A stretch of 64,000 nt of DNA from Zygnema circumcarinatum SAG 698-1b (lineage: Eukaryota; Plantae; Zygnematophyceae): contig CM074807.1 of the NCBI GenBank assembly GCA_037447605.1, positions 1,488,001 through 1,552,000 on the forward strand. The letters are read 5' to 3'. Each line of letters begins with the position of its first letter. Position 1 is the stretch's first letter. Shown here one piece after another: positions 18,632 to 30,842 of this stretch. The notes below the pieces were generated by a model. That model searched no databases. It was not told where the DNA came from and saw nothing but the letters and a program-made list of their open reading frames with translations. A program made the translations under genes and the position numbers.

Positions 18632-20863
18632 TTCTCTTGGACATTAACTTTGTAGAGTCTCGTTCCATCACAAGCTCCTCATCATGGGGCCCACGAATGC
18701 GTGTATTTGCTTCTGACTCCCACAGGGTGGCGGGGAAAAGCCCTTCTTTTCAATTGTAGCAAATGGGGGGCTTCAATCGTTAACAACCATCTGCGTAAGA
18801 AGTGCGATTTTCTGCGTGACAGGCAATGTATATCGCTGCAAATCCGGACCAGATTCGGCTGATTGTGACGTCTGATTCAGCGCCAAACGGCCGTCTCCAG
18901 TCTGTCAGTCTCTCCGCCAGTCTTCCTCGTGTGCCAACAAAAAAACAAAACAGGTGGAGAAATTGCAAACGAGTTTACTTAATTTCTCAATTCTCAATCT
19001 TATTGACAATTGAGCGTTCAACATTGAACACTCAATAAATACTCCTCAAGCCTTCGAAGAAGTTCCGCGACTCAAAGAGCCACAGAGTGTTAAAATGAGA
19101 AGAAAAGCTACGAGAGAAACTCTATCTGACGCTATCTGACGATATCTGACTATATTCCTCTAAAGATGATGATGATGATGATGGTGACCGAAATCCCCCC
19201 TTTTCCTACCTCCTGGAGATACCCAGACCGCCTTCAGACGGAGCAGGCGCTGGTGCTGCTTTCCAACATCCCTGTTTTGGGCAGGCCCGTTCCATGTGGC
19301 TGTTACCGCAATATGAGCCAAACGAACCCTAACAAAACTGTCACAGCGACACGGAACGCCACATTTTTTGAGTGGGCTGTGCGCGAAACATAACGGAACG
19401 AATCGGAACGGAACGGAGCGCATCGATCGGGTCGTTAGGGTTTATTCTTTCGCCGGATGTGGAAATGAGGGAGTTGGGCAGAGAGGGCCTAAAAGCAGGC
19501 CTTGCTCCGGCTCTGACTGCCAAGGTGAGGGCCGGGCAGGGCAGGGCAGGGCCGTGTTCTGTAGATTTTCCAATTTCATGGAATGCCCACAAAGTGAATA
19601 ATGAGAATGGGAGGTGAAGGCTGAAAGGGAGAACGAAAGGAGCCCACCATTGTTAAGCGACGTTCTCATTGCAGGGAGTTGATTTGAAAACCGGTACACT
19701 GATTACAGGAGAAAGTTCAATGCTGACGGCCGATAGCAAGGATTAGCAAGGAAGGGAAACGAATCCATGCCAGAAATTCGCTAAAGCAAAGGCAGTCTAT
19801 CCAGCCGGTAAGGCTCAAACATCACATGCATTGCGTAAATCTCCCATAACATCTCACGCATGGATGCCTCATTGATCTTAGCCAAGTTGAGCCAAGTCGC
19901 CCATCTGCATTGCTTTCTAAGCAGGTAGCCGTCCATCCCGACCTTGCTTATTCGCGTTGACTGTATGATGTTCAAATTAGTTCTCCCAAAAAAAATGTAT
20001 TGGGAAAGGAAAGCCAAAATCTTTTTAATTTCTTTTTTTTCTCAACCTATTCGGGTTCCCGCTACACGACAGCACTCGATTGTACGGCCAACCCACTCAA
20101 GTCACCATTTTGGTACAGCCAGCTGGCGTCAGCTTCCTAGCCACGTCAGCCATAACCCGCCCAAGGACCGTATCTGTACGGCCAACCCTCTCGCGCGTGC
20201 GCGGTCACTACTTATGTACGATTCATCGTACAACCCCGTCCTGCCAAAGCCATCCATTGTTCCGCCGGCCGGCCCGCGACCGGCAGCCGGCCCTTCTTAT
20301 CGCTTTCCCGATATTTCCCGTCCAACGTGGCGCGCTAAAAATCTCCGCCGCCGCACTTTTCGCCCAATCAGACGCGTCCTTTGCTGGCCTGTCCGTACCG
20401 CCACGTAGACGTGTCATGACGTGACGCCCCCCGATCCGATTTTCCCGGCCGCGCCAAAAGATAGGATTTCGCAAATGTCCATTTACGGATTCGCGGGGCC
20501 TTTTTTTGGTTATTTGTGGCAGCGCGCGGCGGATTTTTTGTCGGGCCCGGCCGGCGAATGGAGCCAAGTCGGACCAGGTTCAGTGCACTTGGAATGATTG
20601 CGCCGTACATCCCCCCTGGCCAAGTGGCCTAAAAAGGGCGGGCCCGCCCGGGCCCTGGCGGTCCCCGCACTCGATCGGCAGCTGCCACGGCCGCGCAAGT
20701 GGGCCTCTTCCTGTCACGCTTTTAGGGTTTGGAGGGAGGAAAGGAGGGAGAAAAAAGGAGAGCGAGGGGGAGGGGGAGAGGGAGTGGAGGCGGCTTCAGG
20801 GGGAGTAGTGCAAGGAGGAGGGGGAAGGACTGAAGCTTGGATACAGGGAGTCTGAAGCTCGCC

Positions 20864-22329
20864 ATGGCTCGGGAGTCGTCTCCCACACGTGTGTTGATGG
20901 GCCCTGAGGCGTCAGAACTTGCAAGCCCGTCGCTGCTGAAGTTTGGAAGCTCCGCGCAATGGAGCACAGTCATGGGAACGGCTTTGAAGGGATGGCAGTC
21001 TTGGGAGCTTCCTGGACCTGTCTCTGTTCTTTCGTCCAAGTCCCTGCTCTGCTCTGATGGCGAAAGTGGCGGATCTGCGTGCCTGGAGTCTCTTGCGCTT
21101 TCGCATCAGGGGACGGGCGCCTCTCTGCTCTCACTGCTCGGGACGTTTCCTTCCACAGTCGAGGCGTGGACGGCGGCGACCAGCCACGCGTTTCAGTTCT
21201 TTCTGTGGGACAATTGGCTGAGAAACCATGGCAAATCTGAGGAATTCAAGGAGTTTGCGGAGTTTTTGGGCGATCTTGAAAGGTCTGCAATGCCGGCACA
21301 GAGTCTGGAAGCGACTGTTGTGGATGGGAGGAATGTCTTCCCTGTACGGCTCGACAGAAAGTATCCCGGGAAACGGCGCAGCTTTGTCGCAGCAGTTCAT
21401 AGCCTGGCAGCAATCGGAGGGGAAGGGGAGTGTGGCGGCTGGTGGTTGAGGCGATACCTGCGAGAATGGCGCGTTTATGCCTCTGTAAGTGATATTTGGG
21501 CGTCGATGTTAGTGAAGGTAGAGAAAATTGAATTTTTGGCATGAAGAGTCCAGAATTTAGTTTTTCCTTTGTCCTTGCTGTCCCTCTTGTCCTGTCGTCC
21601 GATTCCAGTGCCTGCAACTGTTGATCGTGCCCAGATCTAGCAGAGGTTGTCCTTGACATGACAGGGTGCAGGGTGCTGATACGTTGACTTGTTTTACAAC
21701 TGCAGAACGGATTGGAGCTTCAATCTCAGCTGATACAGCAGTGTGCCGACGGCAAAACGCCTGCGTTGGACGCCTTTCTTGAGTGCAAAGCGCTGACCTG
21801 CGGTGCTTGTAAATGGCTCCTTCTTGCTGCTCATAACAGGGGCTTGGCGCCACTGGATGAGGAAACCCATGACGCACTGCTGCCTCTGCTGGCCATGGCT
21901 TCTATGGCGCTGGCCCTGCACAACGACGTCGTCTTGTTCGCAAAGAGCCGTCAGAAAAACCTGAGCTCCCTCAACAGTGCGGTTGTATACGACCACGAAC
22001 AAGCCACTCTTGTTTATAACTTAATTTTGGGTTTGTTTGTCGAGGAAAGGGCCTCCTTGCTGGACGAGGGCCGCTGGCTTTCAGGGGAGCAGAGGAGGAG
22101 GGCACAGCAGGTAGTTGAAGTGATAGAATCCAGCATGTATGGAATCCATTCTTGGCACAAAATTGTGTTACGACGGCATAACAGGGAAGTGAAGGGAACG
22201 GCATTATACGAAGAAGATTGCTTCGATTTGAGCTCGGCGCCGAGCTGGATGGCTCCGCACATTCGTGGAGCAGTGGCTAGTGTTGTCAGAAAAGTGATAG
22301 CGGCCTCCGGTCACTCGCTTAACTGCTGA
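20864..22329 (+). CDS. Class I terpene-synthase-fold protein, microbial type (MTPSL-like), with degenerate catalytic motifs; 414 aa
   Basis: Exons 20864-21484 and 21706-22329, phase-0 GT-AG intron of 221 bp. Motifs appear in the TPS order and spacing: LLGTFP...FQFFLWDNWLR (DDxxD position), WRVYASNGLE...GKTPALDAFLECKALTCG (YL..RR.T.G position), LALHNDVVLFAKS....LNSAVV (NSE/DTE position), YGIHSWHKIVLRRH (WxxxxxRY position). Confidence 0.72.
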
Positions 22330-22788
22330 AAGTGCTTGTTATAAATAGTAGTATTATCCATTGTTTTTGTGTTAAATAGTGCAGCTTTGCTTGTTATATG
22401 TTGTTTGGAGTAAAGTAGATCGCAGTTCTGTTCTGTTCTGTTTATTGGTTTATTGCTTTGTTGATTTCCTTTGCATATACAGGATAGCAAGCCGAATAAG
22501 CCAGGAATTACATGTAGTTATTCAATTCAGTAAAGCTCGTCCTGCTTTGAAGAAGCATGACCTCTTCGACTTTCCTTGAATCTGCAGGTTTCGTGAAAGA
22601 TCGTTGATGATGATAAAAACTGAATGTTCATTCCTCTTCTAAACGCCTGTGTTTGATTAGACCGCGTTGTCCTCTAACGTTTTTCTCCACGCCCTGAAGT
22701 GGAGCCCTGGACTCCTGCGGTGATGGGGCACAGTCACCCTTCTTCATTCTGTGGACCCCTGAAGTCTGTATCTTGGAAAGCTTTCAAT

Positions 22789-23070
22789 TTTCACGGGTCG
22801 GAACATTGGATCGACAATTGGAATGGTTTGCGAACCGTTGATTCGCAACCCAGCCAGCCATTGGCAATGGTACCAACCATTAGATTTAATGGTTGCCAAG
22901 TATGGGCAATGATTGACAACCATTGGCTTGGAACCATTGCTGTCAAACCAAAACACCATTGCCAATGGTTGTGACCATTGGATGTGAATGGTTTCGAGCC
23001 ATTGGACATCCAACCATTGCCATTCAATGGTTGTCCAATGGTTGCCGGATCAATGGTCCGACCTGCGAAA
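22789..23070. mobile_element. MITE-like element, ~280 bp, with imperfect terminal inverted repeats and internal CCATTG/CAATGG repeats
   Basis: Left end TTTCACGGGTCGGAACATTGGATC; reverse complement of right end TTTCGCAGGTCGGACCATTGATC. The interior is dense in AACCATTG/CAATGGTT; AAAGCTTT lies near both ends. Confidence 0.5.
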
Positions 23071-24222
23071 GCTTTATCTGCGAAATACTAATTACATTGC
23101 AAGCTTTCGAGCTTCTGCTTTTTTCCTTTTTGAACTGATTGGTCCTTGCTCACGCCCATGACCATGTTTTGGCAAATGAAAGTCAGTCGATGTATGACAG
23201 CATCCACGACGGCCCTTTCTGAAGGCTCCCACGAAGGGCCGCGGCTCGGTTGGCCGCTCCGTTTGAAGGATGCATTTGAGCCGTCGGATAGTGACCACTT
23301 GCGATCGGCGCATCGCCACCACCGGTTGATATCGCGGGGGCAATCTGACGATCTCCCCTCTCCGCAGGCGCAGGCAGTCGGGAAAATTTGCCTCAAAAAT
23401 TTCTATTATTTATTTTTCATGTGCATCGCGCGCATCCACACCGTCGATTGGTGCTCGCGCTGAGGACGCATCTTGTCCGTTCAAGCGGACGCATCGTGCA
23501 CATCTGTCCAGTGTCCACTTCAAAAATTTGATTTGACACGGAGACGAGGGTGACTATATCGAGGTACTCGCGATGGACCAGCCGAAGGGGACATAGAAAG
23601 GCGCATTGCTCTGCGATACGACCAAACAGACGGGAAGAAGAGGGGAACCTACAAAAAAACGAAACCAAATCAAACTAAACCCCATGAAACAAAACTGAAT
23701 GACGGGTGGGTAACCATTGGGGGCAAACACTCGCCCATTTAAAAGCTCACCACATCGGACAAAATGCGTATGTAGCAACTTGGGAATGGCCAATGCCTTT
23801 CAAGATTAGCTTCAAGGTTCCGACACGCAACCATATAAACCAAAGCCCCAATGGACATAAATATTCTATTCTTAATGCAAGGTTGAAATCATCAGTGTAG
23901 CTGTTACCACCCCTCTGCCAAGCAGTGATTCGTCCTCTGCGCAGGCGTGCACTTCAATGGTGCACGGCCAAATAGAGGTGCCCACGCCCATGACGTACAT
24001 TTACGAAACTGAAAACGGGTTACGAAATTCGCCCTCAAATAAATCAATCGCACCTTCCTTAGGGCATCAAATAATTTTCCTGCACCGCCATTCAAACTCA
24101 CTTGGCCAAGCCATTCTGTCCTCCATTCGCAAAGCCAGCAGCAACGAGTCTGCAATGACGTCACTGCGTTCAGCCTTTGCGTTTACATACGTCAGTTGCC
24201 TTTTTCAAGCATACAGCCTCCT

Positions 24223-27200
24223 TCACAGCTCATCCTTGACACGAGAGGCGTCCTCGTCCTCTCTAGCAAATCGAAGCTCTTTCTGCTCAGCAACTTCCTC
24301 CACTAGCGGTTCCTTCGCCAACTCGCCCTTCTTTGGCAGAGTGAACGGGATCTTGGCATTTTGTTTGAGGAACTTGGTCAGTGCCTTGAGAGTATGCCCT
24401 TCAGCGGTAATCTGTGAGAGCAAAGGAACCAGGAATCGCTGCGTTAGGCGGACCTTGCGAGGCACACGATATGTCAGCAGCTTCCTAGTGCTTGTATGAG
24501 GAGAAGACCTTGATTGGTTGTCTCTAGTTGCTGAGACTGCGCTTTCTACCACGTCATTCTACTCAAAAATTCTGCTTACCGGGTCCCCAGACTTGTTTCC
24601 AGCGGGGAAGAAGTAAAGTGTGGGGAAGCCCTCGATCTGCATTCAACACACACAGGGAACACACAAGATTATGCATAGTACGCACGTACTTTTGGTGGTG
24701 AGAAATATAGCATTTCTTGAGGATGTACAGTCAGCCTCAGTCAAAGAAAACTTGTAAATGGACGCCACAGCTGAATATAAACTAGATATAATTTAACTCC
24801 ATGAGCCCATCCCTGACTTCAGTGTCAAGGCCTCAGAAGCATCAGGATCGCATCAGCATCAGCCAGCCGTGTGCCAAGGTCTGAATGAACTGACTCACAA
24901 AGTGCACAAATCCATACTATGGCAGATGCGACAGCACTCGAAGGATGGTGGCTCTAAATTTCAAGTTGGAGCTTTTCTTCGTCAAGTCAGACCAACAGCA
25001 AACACGTGCGCTACAGCCACTGCTCAATCAAATCAAGTGCAGAAAAGGTTTGCGGTTTGAAGAACTCCTTTGCACCCACCTTCACTCTCTGATGCTCATT
25101 AGTTGTTCCATCCATTTTCGCGATCACAACACTATCAATTATGCTGAAGCGCTTCCCCAGCTTCTCATACACAGGAGCCAGCTTTTTGCAGTGACTACAC
25201 CACGGTGCATACACCTGTCACGCCAAAGCTCTCTGTCAGAGACACACCCATCAATTGGCCAATCCAGGTCCAACAAGCTTCTTAGTAACACTAATTCACG
25301 AATTAGTCTCGCTTAATGGCTGCAAAGCCCTTGCATCACTTAAACCTCAGCACAGTCATTAACTCCATACAAGATATCTACGTCTACACCTTTGCTTAAT
25401 TGTTCTCTGGATGTTGAGTACTCGGTGCCCCCAGACTTTGTGGGAGAACCTATCTCTGAAAGAAGGTTTGCCTTTATTAAAAGATGACCCGTGAGCAAAC
25501 ACTTAGCACATACAGCAGACCCTGGAGAAAAGTAAGAATTTCTGACGAAACGCCAAAAATTGAATGACTGAAACACGCAGAGTTACTCTAAGATCGCCTC
25601 GCATATGTGTGATGACAATTGATGACATGATGACATGATGACAATTGCAATTTATATTTTCTCAGCAAATTGATATTTATTTTTATCTCAGTGGATTCTC
25701 CATGGAAAGGCTTAGACGTCCAAGTGAAACAAGAAAATCCATAAAATAAAAGACAGGGTTTCCGAATGAAAATGTTCAAGAACAAAGGTGCCAGGAAAAA
25801 GCATCGTTTCACATTGCTTACTGCCTTTTATCAAAATGTTCTTAGAGTGTTCAAATGTTCTCCCCACCATATGATCCTGTGTGAGTAGACCTTGCCTTGG
25901 TCACAACAAAAGTTATGACAATGTTCGGCTATTTTTGCAATTTTTTTAGAACCAGTAACTTCCAGTGGTGCAGAAAGAAGAGATTCAGGGCAGTACCTCA
26001 AGAAGAACATCTCTCGAGTCGTCGAGAACAATTGCATCAAAGGTTGTTCCCACGACAATCTTTACATTACCATCATTCTGTTCAGGAACCCAAGATCCCG
26101 CATACATCAGTTTAAGATTAGACCTACCCTGCCATCGTAGTCAACATCATGACGCTCTTCAAGACGCGAGGGGCTGACTCGCAAATGCCACAAGGTGCAA
26201 TTCTCTTTCCTGGCAAGAGAACCAGAAATAGAATTCTTGCCATATTGATGCAGAAACCACAGCTTGCAACAGGCTTGGAGCTAGTAAGCTAGTGTTGTTG
26301 ACTAACATTGTTAAAAAACAATCTCTACAAAACAGGGCAAACACCAGAAAGTAAAAGTTTCCCCCCGCCTGATCAGCACGATGGTACTGCCCGCCCATGA
26401 GGCTCAGAGTTCAATAATCTTAAGTGGACTATATGCACGATGATGCATGATTTCCTTGTGCCATCACTCACCTTCTCAGGAACAGGTTCGGATTTGAGAT
26501 AGGGCTTCAAGGTGCCCTCTACGAAACCCTTTGCAAAAGCCTGCCACAAAAGAACAACATTGGTCGTCATAAACAAGCTGCCAACAAATTGCAAACTAGT
26601 GTGTAGCCCAGCATAAAGCGCCTAGCATGTACACTTATCGCGAAACAGAACATTCTCGCTTTGGGCCAATATTTCACTTTCTTGAAACCCGTCACCCCTG
26701 TAGTCACCTTGATGTTTTCCTCGGTATAGGGAGGGTCCATCTTGAACTTGGCTGAGTCATTCTCCGATTCATAAGCCATAATCTGCGAATTGAGGACCAC
26801 CACATCTCCCAGGCTGGATATTAGCATTGGCGAGTGACCGCCAACGACCGCTCAACTCTGACTTCATGAAGTGAGCACCTAAAATTGCATTTTACGTTTG
26901 TCTCAGTCCAATATAACTGCTTATAGCAATGCCTAGCAAAGCATACGCTATCGGAGACCTCAGGCCCATACGAATACGAAAGATAATTGCATAAATCACC
27001 CGAGCACCCCAACACGGCCCTTATGGCGGGTTTATATGCCTCCAGAAAAAAGAAAAGTAGCAACGATTTAAGATCACTGGGTAATCTCCAGCTTATGCTT
27101 ACACCAGGAGTGCTCTCGTCCATGCCAAAGAAATCCAAGACTGACTTCGAGTCTTTCGAGTTGCTCGAATTAATGTGCACAAAGATGATCTGCTTGAGTA

Positions 27201-30193
27201 CCAACGCGTTGTGGTCAGTACAAGGTAAAAAAAAATAGCCAGCAGCAACAAGATCTGTTCTCAAATCCTGCAGCCAAGTGACAAGTGACAGAAGCTGCAT
27301 GCACAATCTTACTTTGAAATTCAAACTAGTCTACTCCAGTTTTAGCTGCTACTTACTCCTTTGAAATCTAGCGCAGCTGCTCGATATCCAGGAAGAATGG
27401 TATGATAGTCCTTTACATTAGCAAACAGCAGCAACTGCAGTTCACCACCCAACAGATTCACAGTGAGCACGCATGCCTCGGTATTCCCCTTCAACTATGA
27501 CTTGAGAGGAAAAACTAAGCTGCTTAGATACAATACATGGCTAAGCAGGCAAGCAGCAAGCTCTTGCCTCTCACACCGGACTCAGTCAAGACAGCACTCC
27601 GTCCATAACAAGTCACAAGGCCTATAGTAAGCTTAGGTTTCTTCATCTCCAGCACCATCCAACTGCACAAAAGGTCTTCTTCAAAAACAAAACTTCGTAT
27701 TTAGGGAAGAACCAAGTCTACTTATTCACAGGTAGCTCTGATGTATGGCAAAACCCACTTGTACGCTGCCGTGGATTATTGAGCATATTGAGATTCACTT
27801 GGTTGATGTTGAACTCTTTTTCTTTCACTAGTGACAAGAGGAACAGTAGTGCTAGAGAATCACTGACAAAATGCCAGTTGTGGCGTGGTGAAGATTGCCT
27901 TGGTGGAAAAACCAAATTTAGTTTTAAGCGATGTATTCCAAACTCTCATTCTCGTCCCTGACCAGTGCTCGCTATAACTAAGGAAGTTTTTGGAAAAAGC
28001 ATCCATGCCTGCACCACCTTGTTGCACATGTTGGCTTCCACCTCCACAAGAGCTTTTACCCAGGGGCTAAGGACGAGTTGTGAAGCTGTGACCTCTGGCA
28101 TCAAAGGTAAGCACCAACCTGCCTCTTCGATCCCTCACTGCCAAATATCTGTGCCGACGTCTCATCGCTGAACGTGATGACCAGAGGAAGCTTATTTGAT
28201 TTAAAGAACTTAGAGAGATCCTCTGCGATAAAACTTCCCTCTGCGTATGCATTCAAGATTCACGAAGTAAAGAGGTTATTCCCTTAAAAAATAATCAAAA
28301 GGTGCAAAGAGCCCATTTTTTTGTTGCAAAAAATCATAAAATCTTCATAAACTTTTACTTGTAATACGACTTCAATGTTTCTGAAGGAGGTCGGCGCTGA
28401 CTCTTGCTTTTCACCACACATTACTGCCTAGCAAGTTGCACCTTCATCCTAGAAAATAGTGATATGCTGTAAGAGCTACATACATGGCAGACAAGATGTT
28501 GTTTCAGTAAAAAAAATATCCTTCAAGGTGCCCACCTACTGCAGACAGTTAGCATGGATTTTTTAGTCATTCCCGGTCAGTAGGCACTTCTCAGCAACTA
28601 TTTTTTAGGGCTTTTAGGGTTTTAAGGGTTTTTAGGGTTTTCAGGGTTTTAGGGTTTTTGTTACATGCGCAAGTGTGGCAACAAAAGCGAAATCCTGAAA
28701 GAATAAGAAAATGTATGAATGAGTCGATCCAAGCTTGAGTTACCCACAACACATCATGTAAATGCCAGAAAGTGTGCTAGTGGGGAAATGGTCATCGACT
28801 TGCATACCAAATTTAACGAACTTCTCATCCTCCTTCTTAATCACAGCAATAGCGGGCGACTTGCCGGTGTCTAGACCAAAGAGTGCAGCAATGGCGGCAT
28901 CAGTAGTCTGAACAAAGTAGACATTGTCATCTTGGGCTGCTGCAGATTGGTACTCTTCATATTCTGGCCCCTGCAACCTCCTCCCTTCTTCAAGCGTCAG
29001 CCTTGTAAGCAGAAAAACCCACGATGCTGCAGCTACCACAGGATGGAACATAGAATACATAGCACTGCCCAAAAGACAGAGAAATCAAGAAATCAATCAA
29101 CAGAAGTGGTAACAAGAACATCGCTTTCAAGTTCCAGCTGTTAACGTTTGGAAATGTCTTCAACCAAAATTAATCCAGGTCTTCGAGGACTGGATTCACC
29201 TCAAACTTACTGAAGTAGCCAATGCCAATGACAGCTTTCTCGGCAAGAACTACCTCCGCCAGCTTCTTGTCAGTGAGTGAATTAACAGGTGGCCCAACCT
29301 TTTTTCGAATCCACGCCACGATATCGTCACTGTGAATCACGCGAAACAGGAGGCAGCACATGCTTCAAAAATAGGAATAGTTTGTTCAATAGGCTTGCGA
29401 TGAATGCCATCAAGACCAATCAGTACACGGCTTAGCCGCGTAATGATCCAAGGTCGTCAACACCAATGACTGATCCTCGTTTAATAAAATCGTTCCACCA
29501 GCCTCAAATGCGGGCAGCAAGAATGACACACAGCGCAAGAGACATGCCCGTGATCACTTCGATAATCTGAAAAGGTTTTGGCTTTCAGCTTTTTGTCTCT
29601 CTATGCCTCTGCTTTGGTGCATGGACGAAGCGCTTAACAGACCTGGTTCTTCCTCCAGAATACTGTATCGTAGCACCTTTATAGAAAAGGAAGATTGTTG
29701 GATAACCCTCCACTCCATATTTCTCAGCCATGTCCGTTTCACGAGTGCCGTCAATTTTTGCAAGCGTCACATTTTCAGATTTGAGCGTAGTAGCAGCCTT
29801 TTTGTACTCTGGCTCTAAGGATTTGCAGTGTCCACACCACGGAGCATAGAACTCGACCAGAATCGGGTCAGGTGACTCAATGGCAGCCACAAGACGCGCA
29901 GTATTGAACGACAGCACATCGCTGCCAGGCTCATCTACAGGCTCCTTCGCTTCCGGTTCATCCTCTTCATCGTCATATTGCTCGTCCCCGTCATCCATGC
30001 CCCCATCCTCCTCATCATAGGCGCTGCCCTGTCCGTCTTCCGGCTCATCAATCTCTCCTTCGTCGTCTTCAAGCGCGTCGGCGTCGTCCTCCCCGTCGTA
30101 GTCCTCCGCCTGCGCCTGCTGCAGCAGCGCCAGAGGCTGCAGCAGCAGCAGCGCCGCCAGAAGGAGCGCCAGCGGCTGCCTCACTCGCGCCAT
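24223..30193 (-). CDS. Protein disulfide isomerase (PDIL1-3/1-4-like; acidic N-terminal extension, a-b-b'-a' domains, KDEL)
   Basis: Signal peptide MARVRQPLALLLAALLLLQPLALLQQAQA, then a D/E-rich tract, ILVEFYAPWCGHCKSLEPEY, GYPTIFLF, a second site YAPWCSHCKKLAPVYEKL, IEGFPTLYF, and C-terminal RVKDEL*. Confidence 0.95.
28601..28659 (+). repeat. Interstitial telomere-like T4-6AGGG tract in a PDI intron
   Basis: ttttttaggg cttttaggg ttttaaggg tttttaggg ttttcaggg ttttaggg: six degenerate units. Confidence 0.75.
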
Positions 30194-30842
30194 GCCTTCC
30201 CCTTCTGCTCCTCCTGCTCCTGCTCCTGCTCCTGGTCCTTCCCCTGCTGCTGCAAGATACCGAGAGATTCAGGGATGGGGATGCTCTACTTATACTAGGA
30301 TTTGGACGGGCAGCGAAAAAAAATCATCAGGCGCTTGAACCGTACATACGGGTACGGACGTCATGCTGAAAGCTTCGTGCACCGACAAGCGACGGCGCCT
30401 TCGTCAATTTTTGCAAACGACCGCCAACGTGTCCACCCCGTAGAAAATAGACACCTGGCACTAAGAATGCTCCCATTGGCTCCACATAACCCGCCCGCGC
30501 TGGCTGGCGCCTTCCGGCCCCGCCGGCCGGCCCGCTCAAGTAACCGCGACTCCGCCCTGCGCGGCCGTACGCTGCCACTCTCGCACACTCGCGGTCCGTA
30601 CGGTCTGTAGGGAGTAAACCGTACTGTACATGTTCCCAAAGGCGCAGGGGGACATGTGACGGGGAGGGACCCGAGGCTCCATGCGCGCGCCGGCGGTGGA
30701 ACTGGACGGAGCGCATGGAGCTGTAAACCCTGTTGGAGAGAGCAGAGAGCAAGCGCAAGTGCAGGAGAGAGGGAGGGAGTGTGGGAGGGAGCGAGAGAGA
30801 CAGGAGGCGGAAAGGTGAAGGGGTGCGGAGGTTGGCGCAGCA

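Noticed and set aside
19166-19393. ORF beginning MMMMMM
   Set aside because: The poly-Met comes from a (GAT)n microsatellite; the rest has no recognisable motif.
23945-23970. CGTGCAC...GTGCACG hairpin as a Helitron 3' end
   Set aside because: No CTRR terminus at the expected distance; it lies in the presumed PDI 3' region.
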